A DNA stretch of 64,000 nt, from contig CAXXYH010000003.1 of assembly GCA_963677925.2 (NCBI GenBank), positions 416,001 through 480,000 on the forward strand, in the 5' to 3' direction. A model generated the notes under the pieces. That model was not told where the DNA came from and made no database searches. It saw only the letters and a program-made list of their open reading frames with translations. Of this stretch, positions 8,962 through 16,820 are shown one piece after another (the stretch's first letter is position 1; every line of letters begins with the position of its first letter). The position numbers and the translations under genes are program-made. This stretch comes from Spirochaetia bacterium (GTDB lineage Bacteria; Spirochaetota; Spirochaetia; UBA9216).

Positions 8962-10686
8962 ATGAATCTATTTACAGGTAGAAGCGCATCCGGCGGGCTC
9001 TGCACCGGCAGAGCCTTTATATACAGACAACAGACTCTTGAGTTCGAGACATGTACTGTAAAAAATACCGATAAAGAAATTAATCGTCTAAATAAATCCT
9101 TTGATCAGGCATTCGGTGAACTTGCCCGGATTAAGGATTCATTCTCAGATGAGCTGGGTGAAGATTACGGACATATCTTCAGAGCCCAGATGACAATGAT
9201 TGAAGATGACGAGTTTAAGGCTGAAATAGCAGAAATAATAAATAGGCAGCAGATTTGTGCAGAAGCTGCATTGAAAATGATATTTGAAGGATATTCAGAG
9301 GCTTTCAGCTGCATGGATGAGGATGACTATAATAGGCAAAGGCTCGCGGATCTCAATGATGTTTATACAAGGATTCTCCGGAATCTGCTTGGCCTTCCTG
9401 AAAACAGTCTTGCTGAAGTACCTCCTGAATCAATAGTTGTTGCCGAGGATCTAATGCCATCTGATACAGCAAAGATGAACAGGGCCAATACCGCAGGGAT
9501 CATAACTGAAAAAGGCGGAGTAACATCACATGTTGCAATTCTGTCCAAAAGTCTCGGCATACCCGCAGCGGTCGGAGTTTCAGATATTTGCTCCAGGATT
9601 CAGCATGGCGAAGAGGCTTTTCTTGATACAACAGATCCTGAAAAAGCTGTTATATTCACCTCACCTTCTATAGAAGAAAGAAACAGCTTTAACGATAAGC
9701 TCATAAAACAGAGAGAGCATACTGCGCAAATCAGTTTGATGAAAAATCTCAAGCCGGTTACCGAAGATGGAAGAGAAATAATACTATCCGCTAATATAGG
9801 CTCTATAGAAGATTTGGAAAATGCTCTGACCTTCGGGGCAAAAAGTGTGGGACTTCTTCGAACGGAGTTTTTCTTTCTTGATACCACAGTTCTTCCGGAT
9901 GAAGAGAAACAGTTTAATTTTTATAAATCAGCTGCAGAGAAACTTGACGGTGGAATGCTGATAGTACGAACTCTCGATATCGGCGGAGACAAGGAAGTGA
10001 AGTGTTTTGAACTCCCTGAGGAGGAAAATCCATTTCTCGGCTTGCGGGGAATCAGGGTCAGTTTAAAATACCGCGAAATATTTAAAACTCAGCTGAGAGC
10101 AATATTAAGAGCATCGGTATTTGGGAATATTAAAATTATGTTTCCGATGGTCGCCGATCTTTCGGAACTTATTGAAGCTAAAAAACTAATTACAGAAATC
10201 AGAGCCGAGCTGTCTGAGTCCGGAATCAAATTTTCTGAATCAGTTGAAATCGGAACTATGGTTGAAACCCCTGCTGCAGTTCTGCTGTCTGACCTCCTTA
10301 CCAGGGAGGGTGATTTTATAAGCCTCGGAACAAATGACTTAACCCAGTATCTTCTGTGTGCGGATCGTATAAATGAAGATGTGTCATCCTATTACCGAAT
10401 GTTCAGTCCTGCAGTTTTCAGGGCAATCAGACAGACTGCCGAAGCCGCCCATAAAAACGGTAAATGGGCCGGAGTCTGCGGAGAACTTGGAGGTAATGCT
10501 CTGGCAATTCCTCTGCTGGTTGGGCTTGGTATTGATGAATTAAGTATGACTGCTTCAATGATTCCCGAGGCAATATCAATTATTAGAAGTTTAAAATATT
10601 CTGACTGCAAAACTGCGGCAGATAAGGTATTATTAATGACAAGCGAGGATGAGATTAAGGATTATTTAAAATCCCTGATCAGCTAA
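8962..10686 (+). CDS. ptsI: PEP-protein phosphotransferase (PTS enzyme I)
   Basis: GGVTSHVAIL, GLLRTEF, RTLDIGGDK, EENPFLGLRGIR, SLGTNDLTQY and VCGELGG motifs. Confidence 0.96.
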   Translation: MNLFTGRSASGGLCTGRAFIYRQQTLEFETCTVKNTDKEINRLNKSFDQAFGELARIKDSFSDELGEDYGHIFRAQMTMIEDDEFKAEIAEIINRQQICAEAALKMIFEGYSEAFSCMDEDDYNRQRLADLNDVYTRILRNLLGLPENSLAEVPPESIVVAEDLMPSDTAKMNRANTAGIITEKGGVTSHVAILSKSLGIPAAVGVSDICSRIQHGEEAFLDTTDPEKAVIFTSPSIEERNSFNDKLIKQREHTAQISLMKNLKPVTEDGREIILSANIGSIEDLENALTFGAKSVGLLRTEFFFLDTTVLPDEEKQFNFYKSAAEKLDGGMLIVRTLDIGGDKEVKCFELPEEENPFLGLRGIRVSLKYREIFKTQLRAILRASVFGNIKIMFPMVADLSELIEAKKLITEIRAELSESGIKFSESVEIGTMVETPAAVLLSDLLTREGDFISLGTNDLTQYLLCADRINEDVSSYYRMFSPAVFRAIRQTAEAAHKNGKWAGVCGELGGNALAIPLLVGLGIDELSMTASMIPEAISIIRSLKYSDCKTAADKVLLMTSEDEIKDYLKSLIS

Positions 10687-10701
10687 ACCAGGAGGAAAGG
10701 A

Positions 10702-10983
10702 ATGGCTAAAAAGATACTTGTATCCTGCGGAACTGCAGTTGCAACCTCTACAGTAGTGCTTAGAAAGATTGAAGAATTACTTGGACAGAAGGGTATTAAC
10801 CCTACTTTCGTACAGTGCAAGGCCTCAGAAGTACCGTCAAAACTTGACGGTGTTGACCTTATTGTTACAACGACACCGGTCGGGGATGTCGGTGATATAC
10901 CTGTCATTCAGACCCTGTCTTTTTTAACAGGAATCGGTATTGATGCCGACATTGAAAAAATTATATCGTACATCAAGGACTGA
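10702..10983 (+). CDS. PTS EIIB component (galactitol family)
   Basis: ILVSCGTAVATST phospho-Cys motif; LTGIG. Confidence 0.92.
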   Translation: MAKKILVSCGTAVATSTVVLRKIEELLGQKGINPTFVQCKASEVPSKLDGVDLIVTTTPVGDVGDIPVIQTLSFLTGIGIDADIEKIISYIKD

Positions 10984-10985
10984 CA

Positions 10986-11321
10986 ATGATTGAATCTATA
11001 TCAATGGGTAAGCTTCTGTTTAAGGGCAAGGTTTCCAGATCCGACACCATAGTTTACCCGGATCATATGGACACTAAATGGTGGATAAAAAACCGGAACC
11101 GTATTGAAAGCTGTGATCTTGAAGCGGTTATAGCTTACAAACCTGAACTGGTGGTTGTGGGGACCGGTTTTGTCATGCAGCTTACAATCAGCGATGATGC
11201 AGTCAAGACTCTGGAATCTGCAGGCATTGAAGTGTTTGTCGATAAAGTGGAGGCTGCTGCCGAAAAATTCAATGAAAACTGCGGTAAGAAGAAAACCGTA
11301 GGATTATTCCATCTTCTGTAG
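10986..11321 (+). CDS. Mth938-like (DUF498/598) protein
   Basis: SD.IVYPD, PELVVVGTG, GIEV, AAEKFN and GLFHL pattern. Confidence 0.75.
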   Translation: MIESISMGKLLFKGKVSRSDTIVYPDHMDTKWWIKNRNRIESCDLEAVIAYKPELVVVGTGFVMQLTISDDAVKTLESAGIEVFVDKVEAAAEKFNENCGKKKTVGLFHLL

Positions 11322-11328
11322 GGAGCGG

Positions 11329-12096
11329 ATGAAGAACAAAAGGGAAAGACTTAAAGGCATAATAGAGATACTCAGAATTGAGGATAATACTACTCTTGAA
11401 AATCTAGCCCGTAAATTCAAAGTTTCCACAGCAACTATTAGACGTGACATAAAAATACTGGAGAACTCAGGGCAGGTGATGCAGGCAATCGGCGGTGAAA
11501 TATACTTCATTAAAGATTATGCCGGGCCCAGCCGTGAGGATATGCTTGCAACTGCCATAAATGAAAAGGTACAGATAGCAGAATACTGCTCAACTCTTAT
11601 AAATGAGCATGAAACAATACTCATAGCACCGGGAGTTATTACAAATCTTGCCGGCAGAATTTTCGGCGGACTTGATTTCAACTTCAGGGTAATTACCAAT
11701 TCTCTTACCCTGTCGCTTGAGCTTTCCAAGCTTGAAAATATCAGCCTGTTTCTTCTTGGCGGTGAAGTTGAAAAGCAGTATTCCAGCATCAGGAATATCA
11801 ACAGTGATCTTCTCTGCGGGGTTCAGTATGCAGATAAACTGTTTTTGACATCTGACGGAATAGATCCGGAATACGGCCTTACCTACTTCGACTCCTCCAT
11901 GAATCCGCTTATCAGCCGTATGATGGACATTGCAAAGGAAATAATATTCATTGCCGATTCAACCAAATTCGGAAATGTATGTTTCAATTATCTATGTGAT
12001 CTGTCGAAACTGGACCTGGTTATTACTGACAGTAAACTGAATGATAAAATTAAAAAAAATATAGAATCAGAAAAAGTAAAAATAATCTGTGTATAG
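11329..12096 (+). CDS. DeoR/GlpR family transcriptional regulator
   Basis: VSTATIRRDI HTH; VITNS, LGG and ADSTKFG motifs. Confidence 0.92.
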   Translation: MKNKRERLKGIIEILRIEDNTTLENLARKFKVSTATIRRDIKILENSGQVMQAIGGEIYFIKDYAGPSREDMLATAINEKVQIAEYCSTLINEHETILIAPGVITNLAGRIFGGLDFNFRVITNSLTLSLELSKLENISLFLLGGEVEKQYSSIRNINSDLLCGVQYADKLFLTSDGIDPEYGLTYFDSSMNPLISRMMDIAKEIIFIADSTKFGNVCFNYLCDLSKLDLVITDSKLNDKIKKNIESEKVKIICV

Positions 12097-12262
12097 GATA
12101 GTTTATGTTTCTTGAAATATCCAAATCGCTGCTTGGTGAATGGGGAACTGCAATACTTGATTTCTACCTGGCCCATCAGCTGATTATAAATATTTTAATT
12201 ATTTCATACGGTATTATCATGATAATTTTTCGCCGTAAAAAGAAACGCAAGGAGAATGTACA

Positions 12263-12547
12263 ATGAAAGAACTGCTTATTACTGTGAAAAATGATACAGG
12301 CCTTCACTCAAGACCTGCTGATGTCTTTGTAAGAACTGCCAAGCTGTTTGAATCTGCAATTACCGTCTACAAGGGTGAAAAATCTGCAAATGCAAAAACA
12401 ATAATCAAGATAATATTACTTAACGTCTCTCAGGATGATGAAATTAAAATAACAGCCGACGGACCTGATGAAGAACAGGCCCTGGCCGAATTAAAAACAT
12501 TGATAGAATCAGATTTTACCGAAGTAAATGAGGCTGTAAAAATCTGA
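12263..12547 (+). CDS. ptsH: HPr phosphocarrier protein (Thr at the Ser46 position)
   Basis: GLHSRPA His15 motif; NAKTII; GPDEEQA. Confidence 0.9.
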   Translation: MKELLITVKNDTGLHSRPADVFVRTAKLFESAITVYKGEKSANAKTIIKIILLNVSQDDEIKITADGPDEEQALAELKTLIESDFTEVNEAVKI

Positions 12548-12559
12548 TTCATTAAGGCT

Positions 12560-12584
12560 GGGCTGACTGCCTCAATGTCAGCCC
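12560..12584. terminator. Hairpin between convergent ptsH and flavin reductase genes
   Basis: GGGCTGAC-9 nt-GTCAGCCC. Confidence 0.6.
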
Positions 12585-12591
12585 TTCTCTC

Positions 12592-13098
12592 TTACTGATA
12601 TAGATATACCTCTGTTATATGCCCGATATAAAGCGTATGAAAGTCTCCGCCGGGATAAGCCTTTTCAATAATATCCTTATCTATAAAATTTCCAGCCGGC
12701 ATGAAATCCGTATAAACTTTTTTGCTGATAATAGTGTATTCAGCTTCCTCGAACATTAGAACCTCACCCTGAAAAACGGGAGTTAATCCGGTTTCTTTAA
12801 CCTTATCAATATCCCGCCCTGATTTTGAGCCTGCAATCTGAAGAGCTTTTTCATAACCCGGTTTAAGGACAGAAAGAGAAAAAGAATCATGTTTGTCCAT
12901 AAATTCCTTCGTAAAGCGGCTGTCTCTTACATAGGCCTGAACTGCGGGTTTAGACCAGATAACACCAAGCATTCCCCAGCTGACGGTCATAAAATTAAAG
13001 GATGATTCATCTCCTGCAGAAAGAAGCATCCACCTGTTTCCAATATCGTTAAACGGATTTACCTGCAGTTCTTCAGGTTTAATAAGTTTAAATGACAT
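12592..13098 (-). CDS. Flavin reductase-like FMN-binding protein
   Basis: NFMTVSWG, VRDSRFT, GSKSGRDIDK and HTLYIG motifs. Confidence 0.88.
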   Translation of the reverse strand: MSFKLIKPEELQVNPFNDIGNRWMLLSAGDESSFNFMTVSWGMLGVIWSKPAVQAYVRDSRFTKEFMDKHDSFSLSVLKPGYEKALQIAGSKSGRDIDKVKETGLTPVFQGEVLMFEEAEYTIISKKVYTDFMPAGNFIDKDIIEKAYPGGDFHTLYIGHITEVYLYQ

Positions 13099-13165
13099 TT
13101 AAATCTCCTTATTTCTCAACTTAGCACAGAGTTTTTTTTCAATCAATATTTTACACCAAAGGTAG

Positions 13166-13186
13166 TTGCAAACGTCTCGCATTTAC
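13166..13186 (+). promoter_or_regulatory. Putative Zur/Fur-type operator, copy 1
   Basis: TTGCAAACGTCTCGCATTTAC, near-identical to the motif before the znuA-like gene. Confidence 0.55.
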
Positions 13187-13211
13187 TCTATTTTTAGTTC
13201 AAGAGGTATTT

Positions 13212-14145
13212 ATGATCCAGGCATATGCAACTGCGGCCGTCAGCATTTTTCTTGAAGGCCTGTTTTTCCTTTTAATAGGAGTGATAGTTTCAGGATTCAT
13301 TGAAGCATTTGTACCTGATGATTTTTTCAGCAGGTTTCTGCCCCGAAACAGCACTATATCTATTTTTGCGGCAGTATTCATAGGTCTTCTTATTCCGGTT
13401 TGCGAATGCGGAATAGTACCGGTAATTTCACGACTAATCAAAAAAGGAGTACCAGTATATCTGGCTTTGACGCTGATGCTGGCATCACCGCTGATCAATA
13501 TAATTGTAATTACCGGAACCGCGTACGCTTTTTACGATAATCTCTGGATTCCGCTCTTCAGGACTCTCGGAGGAATAATAATTCCTGTAATTGTCGGGTT
13601 TTATCTAAAAACTTCCTATCAGGAATCAGAAATGCTTCTACCCGGTTTCATTGAGATAGGACATGAAAGCAGCTGCCGCTGCGGCAGCTGCGGATCCGGC
13701 AGCGGTTTAAAAGTAAAACCATTTAAAGAAAAGATTTCAGATGCACTTGCACATACTGTGTCGGATTTTTTCAGTACCGGAGGTTATTTCATCTTTGGAA
13801 TTCTTATAACCTCAGTTCTCAGGCTGAATATGAAAGACAGTCCTGCTCCTGTTTTTTAATGATAATTTTCCCCTGTCCAATTTTTTTATGCTGGGACTTC
13901 CCTATGTACTGTCGGTATGCAGCTATACTGACGCCTTTATTGCCAGGTCATTTTCTGATCTGTTTTCAAGTTCTTCAGTGCTGACTTTTCTAATTTTCGG
14001 AGCAATGTTTGACATCAAAACAACATTGATGCTTACGGGAACATTCAAAAAAAGATTTATAATCAAGCTCATTGTAATCACTGCCCTGCTTGTACTATCT
14101 TTCTCTGTTTTTTCAGAAATTATAATCAGGCGGGCAGGTTTATGA
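13212..14145 (+). pseudogene. DUF318/YcgR-type permease, split by one +1 frameshift near 13835-13855
   Basis: PVCECG and ASPLIN motifs in the first frame. The +1 frame continues VLLLFFNDNFPLSNFFMLGLPYVLSVCSYTDAFIA..FGAMFDIK. May be a sequencing artefact. Confidence 0.8.
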
Positions 14146-14894
14146 ACAGAATCAGAAATATAATTTCCGGATTGTCTCAATCTTTGCTTCTGCTTTTTCT
14201 TTGCTTCTCCCTGCTTATGCTTCTGATAACAGGAAAAGACGGGATTCTGGTCAGCCCGATTTACCGAAAGTTTATTTTTATATCGGCAGTAATAATTTTT
14301 GCATTCTTTTTAATTTCACTTAAGAACATCTCCGGCTTTTCTCAGGCATCAGGTTCTTTCGTCAGCAGGATTCTTATGCTTATAATCAGTACAGCCTTCT
14401 ATTTTATCTCTTATGAGAATTTTCAGGAGCGGATATCTTCACTACGTACATTTTCAGTAAAAAATAATTCTGCCTCTGCAGAAGGCAGACAACAATTAGC
14501 AGATAAATCTGTTATAAGTATGGATGATTTAAACTATGTCAGATACATTTATGATATCTACGACAATCCGGCATTGTATGAAGGTAAGAAAATTATTATA
14601 AAAGGTTTCATAATGCGTCCTGATATGCTGGAAGAACCGCTTTTTATCATTGCCCGTCTAAATATGTACTGCTGTGCCGCTGATGCGTCCATTGTAGGTT
14701 TTATATGCATTTTACATCAGTCTGATTTTACATTTGACGAAAAAAAATGGTATGATATAAACGGTACAATGGGACTTAAAAATCTGACTCTTGCTTCCGG
14801 CACTGATATTTATCCGGTAATTTATGTCGATCAAATAACCGAAACAGGTGCAGCCGACAGTCCGTATGTATATCCATTCTATAACGGAGACTAA
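14142..14894 (+). CDS. TIGR03943/DUF1980 (YcgQ-like) putative permease subunit
   Basis: Three TM segments; GKKIIIKGF, ARLNMYCCAADA and PYVYP motifs. Confidence 0.88.
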   Translation: MNRIRNIISGLSQSLLLLFLCFSLLMLLITGKDGILVSPIYRKFIFISAVIIFAFFLISLKNISGFSQASGSFVSRILMLIISTAFYFISYENFQERISSLRTFSVKNNSASAEGRQQLADKSVISMDDLNYVRYIYDIYDNPALYEGKKIIIKGFIMRPDMLEEPLFIIARLNMYCCAADASIVGFICILHQSDFTFDEKKWYDINGTMGLKNLTLASGTDIYPVIYVDQITETGAADSPYVYPFYNGD

Positions 14895-14897
14895 TCT

Positions 14898-15311
14898 ATG
14901 GAATCCTGCGATCCTGTTAAGGTTTTAACAGATAATAAAATTAAAAAGACTAATCAGAGAATTTCAGTTCTTCAACTGATAATAGATTTAAAATCACCTT
15001 TCACTGTTGCCGGTCTTCACAGCCGACTCAAGGAGACTATGGATCTGGCTACTCTGTATCGAATTGTAAGCCTTTTTAAAGAAAATGACATTATTCGTGA
15101 AATTTTAACCGAAAGCGAGGAACGTCTGTATGAACGGTCCTGTATACATAATCCTGTTCATCCGCATCTTGCATGCAGAATTTGCGGACAGATAATCTGT
15201 CTTACGGAAATTCCCCAGAATGTTCTTGACTCAGTTAAAACTCTCTACCATGAACATATAATAGAAGACGCATCGATACAGTTTTCCGGAATCTGCTCTA
15301 ATTGCAAATAA
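14898..15311 (+). CDS. Fur family regulator (Zur-like)
   Basis: TNQR, LATLYR, HPHLACRICG and GICSNC motifs; zinc-uptake context. Confidence 0.88.
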   Translation: MESCDPVKVLTDNKIKKTNQRISVLQLIIDLKSPFTVAGLHSRLKETMDLATLYRIVSLFKENDIIREILTESEERLYERSCIHNPVHPHLACRICGQIICLTEIPQNVLDSVKTLYHEHIIEDASIQFSGICSNCK

Positions 15312-15324
15312 TTCGCTTTTATTC

Positions 15325-15376
15325 TTGACTATTAATATTTTACTCCGTAATATAATTGCAAATGCTTCGCATTTAC
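15325..15376 (+). promoter_or_regulatory. Promoter plus putative Zur operator, copy 2
   Basis: TTGACT-17 bp-TAATAT, then TTGCAAATGCTTCGCATTTAC at 15356-15376. Confidence 0.6.
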
Positions 15377-15387
15377 AGGAGTAAAAT

Positions 15388-16296
15388 ATGAAAAGAGCAC
15401 TAGTAATCTTATTGCTGGTATTATCAGCAGCAGTCGTTTTTGCATCAGGTTCTCAGGAAAGCACTGAGAACACAAAAATATCGGTGTTTACAAGCCTTAT
15501 TCCTCAAAAATTCTTTGTTGAAAAAATAGGCGGAGATAAAGTTGAGGTAAATTACCTTGTAGGTCCCGGTAAAAGTCCGGCAACATATGAACCCACACCT
15601 GATCAGGTAATTAAACTTGGAAAATCCGATTTACTTTTTACTATCGGCGTTCCATTTGAAGCTGCCTTTCTGCCTGCGGTCAGGGACAGCAAAAAACTCC
15701 GAATAGTTGATACATCAGAGGGAATTCAGAAAAGACATCTTGAAGCTCATTCCCATGAAGAAGAAGGTGAAGAACATCATGATGAACATGAGATAGAGCA
15801 TGAAGAAAGTGGAACAGAAGATCCGCATATCTGGCTCTCCCCTTCACTAGTTATTCATCAGTCGGAAATTATCAGGGATGCACTTAAGGATATAGATCCT
15901 GAAAATTCTTCATTCTATGATGATAATTACAACAGCTTTACAGAAGAGCTGCAGAAGGTCAGCACTGATCTTTCTGCAGCTCTTAAACCTTTCAAGGGTG
16001 AGACAATATTTGTTTATCATCCTGCATTCGGATATTTTTGCGATGAATTTAATCTTCACCAGGAAGCTATTGAAACAGGAGGAAAAGAACCATCTGCCGC
16101 TCAGTTAACTGAAATAATTGAGGAAGCAAAAGCTGACGGCGTAAAGATTCTTTTTGTACAGCCTGAATTTGCAATGAAGAGCGCAAAGACTATAGCAGAT
16201 GCAATCGGCGGCGTAGTTATCAGTCTTAATCCGCTTAGTGAAGATTATATTAACAATCTATATTCGATAGCGGATGAAGTAAAGAAAGCTTTCTGA
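15388..16296 (+). CDS. znuA: Zinc ABC transporter substrate-binding protein (ZnuA/AdcA-like)
   Basis: SPATYEPTP, a His/Glu-rich loop, DPHIWLSP and HPAFGYF motifs. Confidence 0.9.
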   Translation: MKRALVILLLVLSAAVVFASGSQESTENTKISVFTSLIPQKFFVEKIGGDKVEVNYLVGPGKSPATYEPTPDQVIKLGKSDLLFTIGVPFEAAFLPAVRDSKKLRIVDTSEGIQKRHLEAHSHEEEGEEHHDEHEIEHEESGTEDPHIWLSPSLVIHQSEIIRDALKDIDPENSSFYDDNYNSFTEELQKVSTDLSAALKPFKGETIFVYHPAFGYFCDEFNLHQEAIETGGKEPSAAQLTEIIEEAKADGVKILFVQPEFAMKSAKTIADAIGGVVISLNPLSEDYINNLYSIADEVKKAF

Positions 16297-16319
16297 ATAA
16301 TAAAAAATTATGCCCCAGT

Positions 16320-16358
16320 ACCGGATTCTGTTTTTAACACCGAATCCGGTTTATTTTT
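16320..16358 (+). terminator. Rho-independent terminator after znuA
   Basis: ACCGGATTC-loop-GAATCCGGT followed by TTATTTTT. Confidence 0.7.
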
Positions 16359-16445
16359 GTATAAATATTCATAAATATATCTTTTACATATATAGACTTA
16401 TTTCAATATATATAAATATTTTAAATGTTTATGAAAATTTATGTT

Positions 16446-16467
16446 AAAATTAGGCATTCCTAACTTT
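16446..16467. promoter_or_regulatory. Putative DtxR/MntR-family operator upstream of feoAB
   Basis: AAAATTAGG-CATT-CCTAACTTT inverted repeat overlapping a TGnTAAAAT extended -10. Confidence 0.55.
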
Positions 16468-16538
16468 ATAATTATTGACAACTTTCTTTTGGTTTGCTAA
16501 AGATATATAGAGCATTAATAATTCCGGAGGTTTATACC

Positions 16539-16796
16539 GTGACTTTATCAAAAGGTAATACAGGTGTTGTTTACAAAATCACATCTGTTGAAACTCAGCA
16601 GGATGAATTATCTGAATTTCTATTCAGTCTGGGATGTTATCCAGATGAGAAAATAACAATAATTTCAAAACTGGCATCCAACCTCGTAATAAATGTTAAA
16701 GATGCCAGATACAGCATCGATGATGAACTTGCCAAGGCCATCTCAATTGAAGAACTCTGCACATCAAAGCCGGAACTCATTGAGTTTCCGGCATAA
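16539..16796 (+). CDS. feoA: Ferrous iron transport protein A
   Basis: FLFSLGCYP..INVKDARYSID; GGAGG RBS before GTG 16539. Confidence 0.9.
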   Translation: MTLSKGNTGVVYKITSVETQQDELSEFLFSLGCYPDEKITIISKLASNLVINVKDARYSIDDELAKAISIEELCTSKPELIEFPA

Positions 16797-16820
16797 AAAT
16801 ATATTCCTGGAGGAAAAAAA

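Noticed and set aside
15735-15820. GAA/CAT-rich low-complexity tract
   Set aside because: It encodes the normal His/Glu-rich loop of ZnuA.
16360-16445. Extremely AT-rich tract considered as a replication origin or ncRNA
   Set aside because: I saw no DnaA-box cluster or stable structure; it is best explained as the feo promoter region.
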